Assembly (NCBI GenBank): GCA_964016885.1
Contig: OZ024744.1
Coordinates: 63,302,001-63,366,000, forward strand
Length of the DNA stretch: 64,000 nt
Direction: 5' to 3'
DNA from: Eledone cirrhosa
Lineage: Eukaryota
The notes beneath the pieces are model-generated. The model worked only from the letters and a program-made list of their open reading frames with translations. It did no database searches and had not been told where the DNA came from. How positions within the stretch are numbered: position 1 is the first letter of the stretch; every line of letters starts with the position of its first letter. The position numbers were made by a program, and so were the translations under genes. This document shows, piece after piece, positions 23,570 to 36,904 of the stretch.

Positions 23570-24178
23570 TTCTTCTTCTTCACCCACTTATTCCTGAGAG
23601 GGTTGTAGGAGTAGAGACCTCAAATACTCCTTCCAGCAGGTCCTGTCAGTAGCAGCCATCTCCAACTGATATGGCTGGATCCCCAAGCGAGACCAGCTGT
23701 TATCCAGCCATCTTGCTCGGGATCTACCCTTGGGTCTCTTGCCGGTTGGTTTTGCCTGTAAAATCTGTTTAGTGATTCTTTCCTGAGACACCCTAACCAT
23801 ATGCCAATAGTATCAGAGCTGTGATCTCTCAATACAGAGAAGTAGTGGTTCTACCTGGAGTGACTCTCTGATCTCTGAGCTATGCATTCTATTGAGTCCT
23901 CCAAAAACCCTTCGGAGGAACCCTATTTTGGCCCCTTGTATTCGTGATCATATTCTTTTGGTCATTACCCAAGATTCATGACCATAGGGAAGAGTTGGCA
24001 CGAAAACCAAATCGAAGATAGCAAGCTTGGCTTTTACACCTACCTCCCTTCCGAATGCTGAAGCTGGCACATTATTGCAACAGCTTTTGCAATTCTTGCA
24101 CTTAATTCAGCCTCCTGCTTTCCATCACTCGTGAACACTGCCCCACGATATTTGAACTTCTCTACCTGCTTCAGAACT
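23570..24178 (-). mobile_element. GAA-tailed RTE family, longer 3' fragment
   Basis: Minus translation includes LKQVEKFKY.G..FTSDGKQEAELSARIAKA and RITKQILQAKPTGKRPKGRSRARWLD. Confidence 0.85.
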
Positions 24179-24214
24179 TAAAATTTTTTAACTAAAACAA
24201 CAATGAAATAAATG

Positions 24215-24400
24215 CTGAAGTCACAGGAATTATTGAGTGGTTAAGAAGTTAACTTTGCAATTGCATGCTTCTGGAGTTAATCCTACTGCATGGTAGTTTG
24301 GGTAACTGTCTTCTATATAGTGTCTGGTTGACTTGATCAAAACTTTGTGAAACTGCAAAAGCCCATGGTTCACTCACTTCAAGGTCACATCCACAATCCA
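24215..24400 (+). mobile_element. Degenerate tRNA-derived SINE head (family C)
   Basis: GAGTGGTTAAGAAG...GGAGTTAATCCTACTGCATGG..TTTGGGTAACTGTCTTCTA, a decayed A/B-box layout; recognised by pattern only. Confidence 0.45.
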
Positions 24401-25559
24401 ACACTTGCTCTCCCTCTGTTAGATAATACCCTCTCTCAGCAAACAACATATAGCTTTCCCCTTGACACCCATTCTTATTTTACATACCCCTTCCATTACT
24501 GTGTTCCTAAGGATACCGGTACCATAGTGTTGTAATGGGGGTTGTTCTGGTATCACTATCAGCTTGGCCTAACACACAAAGAACACCTGATTGATGAAAT
24601 GATTTAGTGCTGGTGCCACGATAAAATGCCCCCAGCACAATCTTTAACCCCTTAGCATTTAAACCGGCTGTGTCCGGCCAGAATTCTTTCACCTCTTTCT
24701 ATTAAAACCGGCCGTAACTGGCTGCTCATACTTATGTTAAGGTATTGTTCTCAAAATAAATAATTTCAAAATCTCGTAGGTTCGATATTATGTGAGATAA
24801 AGTGTTTACCATGAAAATACAATAGTAAATATAATTGTTTCTACTTTAGGCACAAGGCCAGCAATTACCCAGTGCGTTACTGGTACTTTATTTCATCGAC
24901 CCCGTAAGGATGAAAGGCAAAGTCAACCTCGGCGGGATTTGAACTCAGAGTAAATACAGTAGTAAATATAATGCTCCCAATATACACTGTAAAAGCATTT
25001 GGTGCAAGGAAGGGCATCCATCCGTAGAAATCAGGCCTGAAACGAAGTGTATGAGCTAGATATCATCACTTGAGCGATCAAACATCAGAATATGACAACC
25101 TGTCTGACATGCAAACATGGAAACTAGACACGTGTTTCTGCATTTTTATTCACCATTGGTGACATTTACTCACTTGGTACTGAGATAAAAATAAGCTAAA
25201 GCTTATATGCTCTTTTGCATATGAAACATCGGCTGGAGATTCTCATTTGCATTAGTGCTAATAACAGAGGTGTATATGTCTTCACATACACCTCTATTAT
25301 GAACCATGTAAGTACTATTGCTAATTATATATATATATCTGTTTCTACTTTAGGCACAAGGCCAGCAATAACCCAGTTCATTACTGGTACTTTATTTTAT
25401 ATATATATCAATACGCAGTTTTAGTCGAAAATGTGTACCTTTATCAGCATAAACTGTGAAACTACTAGTACCATAGTGTCCGACTAAAAACGTGTATAGA
25501 AATACATAACTCACCTCAATTAACACATCGAGGGATCATTCAATCACTCAAGTTGTTGT

Positions 25560-25762
25560 GTGTGTGTCCTTTTTTATCTATGTTTACGTTTGTGTCTGTG
25601 TTTATTTCCTGTAACTTAGCGGTTCGACAAACAAAATAGATCGACAAATTAAGAGCCAGACATGAAAAGGATAACTACTGGAGTCGATATGTTTGACTAA
25701 ATTAAGGGGGTACTCTGGCATGGCCGTAGTCTCATGACTGAAACCAGGAAAAGAAAAATAAG
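25560..25762 (+). mobile_element. Degenerate SINE 3' part
   Basis: GTAACTTAGCGGTTCG...GGAGTCGAT..TTTGACTAA...GCATGGCCGTAGTC..ATGACTGAAAC plus a purine-rich tail resembles abundant octopus SINE tails (recall, not searched). Confidence 0.5.
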
Positions 25763-25864
25763 CGAAAGAACTTCAAAGGACATACAAAGGTGAGAAAAAT
25801 AATAACTACATTGAAAATAAATCAGAGCATGAAAGAAAGCACACAAAACAAACCAAATCAAAAT

Positions 25865-26223
25865 ATAAACCGGGGATAGAGAGAGACAAATAGATAGATA
25901 GAGGAAGAGGAGGAGATAAGGTATGAGAAAGGGAGGGGAGAGTAAAAATAAAGTATGATGAAAAAATATGTAGGGAAAGAGAGAAAAAGAAGAATGAAAT
26001 AGATAGATAAATAGCAGGGTGGAGGAGAAATAGGATGAGAAGAAAGAAATATGTAGCGAAAGAGAGATAAAAAAAGACAGAGAGGGAAGTCGAAAAAGTA
26101 GTAAAGATGTATAAGAGTGGTAGTAGTATGAGGGAAGGTTGTAAAGATGTTAAATAGTAGGAGGAGGAAGAGAAGGGGAGGGGCAGGTGACTAAATGAAT
26201 GTCAGAAGAGAAGGAAAAGGAAA

Positions 26224-26257
<34 letters not shown>

Positions 26258-27012
26258 AACATTTTTAAGGATAAAGAGAGATAGAAATAGTAATGTTTGT
26301 AGAGGATGGAGAGAATTTAGATTTCTGTTGTGGAGATAATGAAAATAAAATAAAGATAAACATAAAGAAATAAAAAATAGGAGGAAATATTATAAATAAA
26401 AAGAAGAAAAACAAGCCAAAAAAGTTTGTCTGTCTGCAGACAACAAAAATTCGCCAGAGAATCAATTAACAAGATGAGAGAAAGTAAGAGTAAAGAGAGA
26501 AAGAGAAATAGTAAGAGATATATAGAGAGACAGAGAGGAAGTAACATCATTCTGATGTGGAATGCGAACCACGAATGGGACGGAGACAGATGGAGAAGGA
26601 GGTGGAGTCGGTGTGAGTAGAGGAAGAAGACGACTAAGAGGAAACAGAGAGAGGCAAATAGAGAAGTACAGATACAATGAGAAAGACAGAGTGAGAGAAA
26701 AAAGTTTTTGAATTTTAGAAGTAGGAGGAAGAGGAGAACGATTTGGGCAAAGGGTAGTAGTAGTAGTAGGAGTTTGTAAGTTGAAGTTTGAAGAGTTTGT
26801 AGTAGAGAGAGTAGGAGGAAGAGAGAAAGTGGGAGACAGAAAGAGTTAGAAACAGATAAAAAGATGAGAAAGAGAGAGAAACTAGTAAAGACAGAGAGAA
26901 AGAATAGAAACAAAAAAGCGAGAGAGCAGGAGAAAGAGATAAAGGAAAAGGGAGAAATTAGTAGTAGTGAGAGTAGGAGAGAATGAGAGACAAAGAGAGT
27001 AGTAGAGAGTGA
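25865..27012. repeat. ~1.15-kb strand-asymmetric purine-rich (GA) low-complexity tract upstream of KIBRA
   Basis: Overwhelmingly A/G on the + strand, with (GA)n and (AGT)n runs. Confidence 0.9.
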
Positions 27013-27028
27013 GCTGTTACGGTGTAAA

Positions 27029-27036
27029 TGACGTCA
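27029..27036. promoter_or_regulatory. Palindromic CRE (TGACGTCA) in the putative KIBRA promoter
   Basis: Exact consensus ~400 nt upstream of the ATG, in unique sequence right after the GA tract; function is inferred. Confidence 0.45.
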
Positions 27037-27281
27037 CAGGTCAGTAAGAGTCGTGTACAACCTAAGAAGCATTAGTATATAGTATTAATCTCTAAACTCT
27101 TCTTGCTTGCTGCCAGCCCAAAACCCCAAGGCGAATAATAATAACAATATTAATAATAATCGGCATAATAATAAATAATAATAATAATATTAATTATTAT
27201 TATTATTTTAAAAAAGTTCAAACAAGATGGAAAATTCCGCCATGTAGCTGTTGCTGTGTTTGCGAATGTGTGAGCGTGTGT

Positions 27282-27420
27282 GTGAGTAACGTGACTCTTT
27301 CACTTCTTTCTCTCTTTCTTCTTTCCTCTCTCTCCGTCTCTCTCTCTATCTTTATCTGTCTGCCTGTCTGTCCTGTCTCTCCATCTATCTATCTATCTGT
27401 CTATCTAATCTTCACCGTAG
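27282..27420 (+). other. Putative 139-nt 5' UTR intron of KIBRA
   Basis: GTGAGT donor at 27282, long pyrimidine tract, CTAAT branch-like motif at 27405, and CCGTAG acceptor 16 nt before the ATG. Confidence 0.5.
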
Positions 27421-27436
27421 TTTCTGGCTGAAAATA

Positions 27437-27564
27437 ATGCCTAAATGGAGGAATGGCGACCTATCCCTACCAGCAGGATGGGAGGAAGGAACTGATTACG
27501 ATGGAAAGGTATTCTACATTGACCACAATGCTAAGAAAACAACATGGATTGATCCTCGAGACAG
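27437..27564 (+). CDS. KIBRA: KIBRA/WWC ortholog, coding exon 1 (WW domain 1)
   Basis: [42 protein letters not shown](R) matches the KIBRA N-terminus ([24 protein letters not shown]). Ends AG|GTAGTT, phase 2. Confidence 0.95.
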
Positions 27565-27734
27565 GTAGTTTAGCTTGTTTTTTTTCTTAGTTATCAATGG
27601 TTTACTATTATTATTACCCTTATTGATGATCGTTGTTATTATTGCTGTTGTTGTTGTTTTTGGTGTTCATCTAATTATATTGCCATTAAACTCGCATACA
27701 AGTTTAATTTCATGTTTCTGTCTCCTTGTGAGTT

Positions 27735-28360
27735 TTGTTTATACATATATACACATACACATACCCATATATATTTATATATACATAGACACACACACAT
27801 ATATATTTATATATACATAGACACACACACATATATATATATATGTACATGTATAAATCACGCACACACATATATATATGTGTGCATGTATAAATCACGC
27901 ACACACACACATTTATATATATATATATGATTGTGTGTGTATGTGCGTGAGTGTATATGTGATCTAGGGAGATAGTGAACGCTAGTGTCTGGGACGTATG
28001 CGAGTTGAAATGCTTGTGTCGATAAGAATGTGTACATTCTTTACTCTCTAACTCCCACCCGCATAGATCAACTACATACTCATTCCAGCATGCCTATATA
28101 TACATACAGGCGCACACACAGATATATGTGTACATGTATTTATATATATATATATATATATATATAATTTGTGTGTGTATATATATATATTTATATAATT
28201 TGTGCGTGTATGTGTATATATATATATGTATTTATATCTATATAACTATATATTTATAGTTGTATGTATATATATATATATATGTATTTATATCTATATA
28301 ACTATATATTTATAGTTGTATATATATATATATATAAATGTATATATAAATATGTGGTTG

Positions 28361-28411
<51 letters not shown>

Positions 28412-28442
28412 GTGCATGTATGTATATATAAATGTGTGGTTG

Positions 28443-28478
<36 letters not shown>

Positions 28479-28479
28479 C

Positions 28480-28510
<31 letters not shown>

Positions 28511-28530
28511 CATATATATATATATATATA
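27735..28530. repeat. (AT)n/(AC)n/(TG)n compound microsatellites at the start of KIBRA intron 1
   Basis: Read directly. Confidence 0.85.
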
Positions 28531-31248
28531 TACAGGTATGTATATATATATATACAGGTATGTATATATATATATATATATGTATATATATACAGGTATG
28601 TATATATATATACAGGTATGTATATATATATATATATATATACACAGGTATGTATATGTATATATATATATATATATATATACAGGTATGTATATATATA
28701 TATATATACAGGTATGTATATATATATATATATATACAGGTATGTATATATATATATATATATACAGGTATGTATATATATATATATATATACAGGTATG
28801 TATATATATATATATATACAGGTATGTATATATATATATATATACAGGTATGTATATATATATATATATACAGGTATGTATATATATATATATATACAGG
28901 TATGTATATATATATATATATACAGGTATGTATATATATATATATATACAGGTATGTATATATATATATATATACAGGTATGTATATATATATATATATA
29001 CAGGTATGTATATATATATATGCAGGTATGTATATATATATATGCAGGTATGTATATATATATATGCAGGTATGTATATATATATATGCAGGTATGTATA
29101 TATATATATGCAGGTATGTATATATATATATATGCAGGTATGTATATATATATATGCAGGTGTGTATATATATATATGCAGGTATGTATATATATATATG
29201 CAGGTATGTATATATATATATGCAGGTATGTATATATATATATATGCAGGTATGTATATATATATATGCAGGTATGTATATATATATATATATATGCAGG
29301 TATGTATATATATATATATATATGCAGGTATGTATATATATATATGCAGGTATGTATATATATATATGCAGGTATGTATATATATATATGCAGGTATGTA
29401 TATATATATATGCAGGTATGTATATATATATATATGCAGGTATGTATATATATATATATGCAGGTATGTATATATATATATATGCAGGTATGTATATATA
29501 TATATATGCAGGTATGTATATATATATATGCAGGTATGTATATATATATATATGCAGGTATGTATATATATATATGCAGGTATGTATATATATATATATA
29601 TGCAGGTATATGTATATATATATATATGCAGGTATATGTATATATATATATATGCAGGTATGTATATATATATATATATATATATGCAGGTATGTATATA
29701 TATATATATATATATGCAGGTATGTATATATATATGCAGGTATGTATATATATATATATATATATGCAGGTATGTATATATATATATATATATATATGCA
29801 GGTATGTATATATATATATATGCAGGTATGTATATATATATATATATATATGCAGGTATGTATATATATATATATATATATGCAGGTATGTATATATATA
29901 TATATATATATGCAGGTATGTATATATATATATATATATATGCAGGTATGTATATATATATATGCAGGTATGTATATATATATATATGCAGGTATGTATA
30001 TATATATATATGCAGGTATGTATATATATATATATATATATGCAGGTATGTATATATATATATATATATATATATGCAGGTATGTATATATATATATATA
30101 TATATGCAGGTATGTATATATATATATATATATATATGCAGGTATGTATATATATATATATATGCAGGTATGTATATATATATATATGCAGGTATGTATA
30201 TATATATATATGCAGGTATGTATATATATATATATGCAGGTATGTATATATATATATATGCAGGTATGTATATATATATATATGCAGGTATGTATATATA
30301 TATATATATATGCAGGTATGTATATATATATATATATATACAGGTATGTATATATATATATATATATATGCAGGTATGTATATATATATATATATATATG
30401 CAGGTATGTATATATATATATATATATATGCAGGTATGTATATATATATATATATATGCAGGTATGTATATATATATATATATATGCAGGTATGTATATA
30501 TATATATATATATATGCAGGTATGTATATATATATATATATATATATGCAGGTATGTATATATATATATATATATGCAGGTATGTATATATATATATATA
30601 TATATATATGCAGGTATGTATATATATATATATATATGCAGGTATGTATATATATATATATATGCAGGTATGTATATATATATATATATGCAGGTATATA
30701 TATATATATATGCAGGTATATATATATATATATATATATGCAGGTATATATATATATATATATATATGCAGGTATATATATATATATATATATATATGCA
30801 GGTATATATATATATATATATATATGCAGGTATATATATATATATATATATATATGCAGGTATATATATATATATATGCAGGTATGTATATATATATATA
30901 TATGCAGGTATGTATATATATATATATATGCAGGTATGTATATATATGTATATATATATGCAGGTATGTATATATATGTATATATATATGCAGGTATGTA
31001 TATATATATATATATATATGCAGGTATGTATATATATATGTATATATATATGCAGGTATGTATATATGTATATATATATATATATATATATGCAGGTATG
31101 TATATATATATATGCAGGTATGTATATATATATATGCAGGTATGTATGTATATATATATATATATATGCAGGTATGTATATATATATATATATATATGCA
31201 GGTATGTATGTATGTATATATATATATATATATATGCAGGTATGTATG

Positions 31249-31284
<36 letters not shown>

Positions 31285-31328
31285 GGTATGTATGTATGTA
31301 TATATATATATATATATATGCAGGTATG

Positions 31329-31359
<31 letters not shown>

Positions 31360-31368
31360 GCAGGTATG

Positions 31369-31399
<31 letters not shown>

Positions 31400-32277
31400 G
31401 CAGGTATGTATATATATATATATGTATGTATATATATATGTATGTATATATATATGTATGTATGTATATATATATATATGTATGTATATATATATATATG
31501 TATGTATATATATATATATGTATGTATATATATATATATGCAGGTATGTATATATATATATGCAGGTATGTATGTATATATATATATATGTATGTATATA
31601 TATATATATGCAGGTATGTATGTATATATATATATATGTATGTATATATATATATATGTATGTATATATATATATATGCAGGTATGTATATATATATATG
31701 CAGGTATGTATGTATATATATATATATGTATGTATATATATATATATGCAGGTATGTATATATATATATATGCAGGTATATATATATATATATATATGCA
31801 GGTATGTATGTATATATATATATATATATATGTATGTATATATATATATATGCAGGTATGTATATATATATATATGCAGGTATATATATATATATATGCA
31901 GGTATGTATATATATATATATGCAGGTATGTATATATATATATATGCAGGTATGTATATATATATATATGCAGGTATGTATATATATATATATGCAGGTA
32001 TGTATATATATATATATGCAGGTATGTATATATATATATATATATATATAGGTATGTATATATATGTATATATATATATATATAGGTATGTATATATATG
32101 TATATATATATATATATAGGTATGTATATATATATGTATATATATATATATATATATAGGTATGTATATATATGTATATATATATATATATATAGGTATG
32201 TATATATATATATATAGGTATGTATATATATATATATATAGGTATGTATATATATATATATAGGTATGTATATATAT
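28531..32277 (+). repeat. Left arm of the [GCAGGTATGT(AT)n] satellite
   Basis: 20-35 nt units. ACAGGT variant at 28531-29010, GCAGGT at 29020-32030, TAGGT at 32050-32270. Confidence 0.97.
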
Positions 32278-33107
32278 ATGAAAGGCAGGTTGTACGATGC
32301 CTGCATACGAACAGCAATGCTGCATGGCAGTGAGACCTGGGCATTGTGTGCAGAGGATATACGCAGACTAGAGAGGAACGAAGCTTGCATGCTCCGCTGG
32401 ATGTGTAACAGTAATATACGTGAACGGCAAAGCATAAACGAACTAAGGAATAAATTAGAGATAAGAGGGATCAGATGTTGTTTACTCGAGAGAAGGCTAC
32501 GTTGGTATGGACACGTGATGCGCATGAAAGTCGATAGCTGTATAACAAAGTGCAGGGCAATAAAGATAGACGGTAGTCACGGAATAGGCAGACCTAGAAA
32601 AACCTGGGACGAGCTGATAAACTCCGACATCACACACTTACACCTCTCCAAGACAATGTCACTGGACCGAGACCTTTGGCGGTACTCAGTAACAGAGAAG
32701 ACCCGCCTTACCTAAATATATAGTAAAACCTACTCCAGCCAGTAGGCATCTCTAACAAATACACCCCGTCCCACCACCCCCACCCGATCCACACCACCCC
32801 GTTCTATGTAAAGTTATGTTGGTGCCGCGCCATCGAGGCCGAAACAAATGAGATCGTGTAGGTGTCACGACAAAAAAAACACACAGTCCACGCTGTAATG
32901 TGGCCGTGTAGGCAACACGGTAAAAACCTCCCAGACCCACACTGTAAATGTGGTTGGTGTTAGGAAGGGCATCCAACTGTAGAAAACCTGCCAGACAGTC
33001 CTATGCGAGCAAGACAATCACTCTTGCCTCAAGTGGGACTACCCCCGTCCAAACCCATGCAAGCGTGGAACACGGACGTTAAACGCTGATGATGATGATG
33101 ATGATGA
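32278..33107 (+). mobile_element. Young 5'-truncated RTE 3' fragment embedded in the satellite
   Basis: Open frame [21 protein letters not shown]...RRLRWYGHV...GRPRKTW...KTRLT*; 3' UTR and (GAT)n tail colinear with 18740-19566. Confidence 0.95.
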
Positions 33108-33119
33108 TATATATATAGG

Positions 33120-33155
<36 letters not shown>

Positions 33156-33223
33156 TATGTATATATATATATATATATGCAGGTATGTATATATATATAT
33201 ATATACCTATATATATATATAGG

Positions 33224-33259
<36 letters not shown>

Positions 33260-33315
33260 GGTATGTATATATATATATATACCTATATATATATATATAT
33301 ATATATATATGCAGG

Positions 33316-33401
<86 letters not shown>

Positions 33402-33519
33402 GGTATGTATATATATATATATGCAGGTATGTATATATATATATATGCAGGTATGTATATATATATGCAGGTATGTATATATATATATATGCAGGTATGT
33501 ATATATATATATATATAGG

Positions 33520-33557
<38 letters not shown>

Positions 33558-33583
33558 GGTATGTATATATATATATATATAGG

Positions 33584-33621
<38 letters not shown>

Positions 33622-33645
33622 GGTATGTATATATATATATATAGG

Positions 33646-33683
<38 letters not shown>

Positions 33684-34254
33684 GGTATGTATATATATAT
33701 ATATATATGCAGGTATGTATATATATATATATATATATATGCAGGTATGTATATATATATATATATGCAGGTATGTATATATATATATATATGCAGGTAT
33801 GTATATATATATATATATGCAGGTATGTATGTATATATATATATATGCAGGTATGTATGTATATATATATGCAGGTATGTATATATATATATATGCAGGT
33901 ATGTATATATATATATATGCAGGTATGTATATATATATATATGCAGGTATGTATATATATATATATGCAGGTATGTATGTATATATATATATGCAGGTAT
34001 GTATATATATATATGCAGGTATGTATGTATATATATATGCAGGTATGTATGTATATATATATGCAGGTATGTATGTATATATATATATATGCAGGTATGT
34101 ATGTTATATATATATATGCAGGTATGTATGTATATATATATATATGCAGGTATGTATGTATGTATATATATATGCAGGTATGTATGTATATATATGCAGG
34201 TATGTATGTATATATATATATATGCAGGTATGTATGTATATATATGCAGGTATG

Positions 34255-34285
<31 letters not shown>

Positions 34286-34526
34286 GCAGGTATGTATATG
34301 TATATATATATATATATGCAGGTATGTATATATATATATATATATGCAGGTATGTATATGTATATATATATATATATGCAGGTATGTATATGTATATATA
34401 TATATATATATGCAGGTATGTATATGTATATATATATATATATATATATGCAGGTATGTATATGTATATATATATATATATATATGCAGGTATGTATATG
34501 TATATATATATATATATATATGCAGG

Positions 34527-34562
<36 letters not shown>

Positions 34563-35232
34563 GGTATGTATATGTATATATATATATATATATATGCAGG
34601 TATGTATATATATATATATATATGCAGGTATGTATATATATATATATATATATGCAGGTATGTATGTATATATATATATATATGCAGGTATGTATGTATA
34701 TATATATATATGCAGGTATGTATATATATATATATATGCAGGTATGTATATATATATATATATATGCAGGTATGTATATATATATATATATATGCAGGTA
34801 TGTATATATATATATATATATGCAGGTATGTATATATATATATATATATATGCAGGTATGTATATATATATATATATATATGCAGGTATGTATATATATA
34901 TATATATATATGCAGGTATGTATATATATATATATATATATGCAGGTATGTATATATATATATATATATATGCAGGTATGTATATATATATATATATATA
35001 TGCAGGTATGTATATATATATATATATATATGCAGGTATGTATATATATATATATATGCAGGTATGTATATATATATATATATATATGCAGGTATGTATA
35101 TATATATATATATATATGCAGGTATGTATATATATATATATATGCAGGTATGTATATATATATATATATGCAGGTATGTATATATATATATATATATATG
35201 CAGGTATGTATATATATATATATATATGCAGG

Positions 35233-35268
<36 letters not shown>

Positions 35269-35270
35269 GG

Positions 35271-35312
<42 letters not shown>

Positions 35313-36310
35313 GGTATGTATATATATATATATATATATATATGCAGGTATGTATATATATATATATATGCAGGTATGTATATATATATATATATGCAGG
35401 TATGTATATATATATATATATGCAGGTATGTATATATATATATATATGCAGGTATGTATATATATATATATATGCAGGTATGTATATATATATATATATG
35501 CAGGTATGTATATATATATATATATGCAGGTATGTATATATATATATATATGCAGGTATGTATATATATATATATATGCAGGTATGTATATATATATATA
35601 TATGCAGGTATGTATATATATATATATATGCAGGTATGTATATATATATATATATGCAGGTATGTATATATATATATATATGCAGGTATGTATATATATA
35701 TATATATGCAGGTATGTATATATATATATATATGCATGTATATATATATATATATATGCAGGTATATATATATATATATGCAGGTATGTATATATATATA
35801 TATATGCAGGTATGTATAATATATATATATATATGCAGGTATATATATATATATATATGCAGGTATGTATATATATATATATATGCAGGTATGTACATAT
35901 ATATATATATGCAGGTATGTATATATATATATGCAGGTATGTATATATATATATGCAGGTATGTATATATATATATATATATGCAGGTATGTATATATAT
36001 ATATATATATATATGCAGGTATGTATATATATATATATATATATGCAGGTATGTATATATATATATATATGCAGGTATGTATATATATATATATATATAT
36101 ATATGCAGGTATGTATATATATATATGCAGGTATGTATATATATATATGCAGGTATGTATATATATATATGCAGGTATGTATATATATATATGCAGGTAT
36201 GTATATATATATATATGCAGGTATGTATATATATATATGCAGGTATGTATATATATATATGCAGGTATGTATATATATATATATATATATGCAGGTATGT
36301 ATATATATAT
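33108..36310 (+). repeat. Right arm of the [GCAGGTATGT(AT)n] satellite
   Basis: Same unit; the TAGGT variant is confined to ~33110-33650, next to the RTE. Confidence 0.97.
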
Positions 36311-36873
36311 GTGTGCATGTATATATATATATAAACATAAACATTTCCCGTGAACGTACATAGATGAATGTATTGCCTGCCTGCCTACATACATATACAT
36401 GCCTGTTGTGTAAGATAATTCTTGCTCACACTTGCACAAATGTATAGTGTGTTCCTTTACAAGAATGCAGGCCGGACAGTTTTGTGAGGGAAGGAAGACA
36501 AGTCAAAATTAACGAAGTTTCTTTGGCTGTTAAGCATAAATAGGATGCACACAGACACTATATACATGTGCATATATATATATGTGTATGTGTGTGTGTA
36601 CATAAATATAGAAAATAAAATTATAAACCCATGTTTACTTTAATTCAAATCACTTTCTTAAAAACGTATGTACAAAGCAATTATGTGAGTGTGTGTATGT
36701 GTATATATATATATATAAGGTGATGGTGTAAATTGAAGAAGACTCGTTGTTCAATATGCCCCGGGGCATAGGAAGACCTGAGACAGATATAAAGGTATAT
36801 TATGAGAGTGCGTCTATAAATTGTCATGGAAAGGAGGTAAATAGTTTGTCAGCTTCCTGTCGAATATTGGATT

Positions 36874-36904
<31 letters not shown>

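Noticed and set aside
26265-26913. Hydrophobic multi-TM-looking minus ORFs
   Set aside because: Complement of the GA-rich low-complexity tract; no motif.
28294-36439. 700-1400 aa YI-rich ORFs in up to six frames
   Set aside because: The satellite alphabet almost never forms stops; being open on both strands in all frames marks non-coding repeat.
36755-36770. 16-bp perfect palindrome TATGCCCCGGGGCATA
   Set aside because: Isolated, with no second copy or context; cannot be distinguished from chance.
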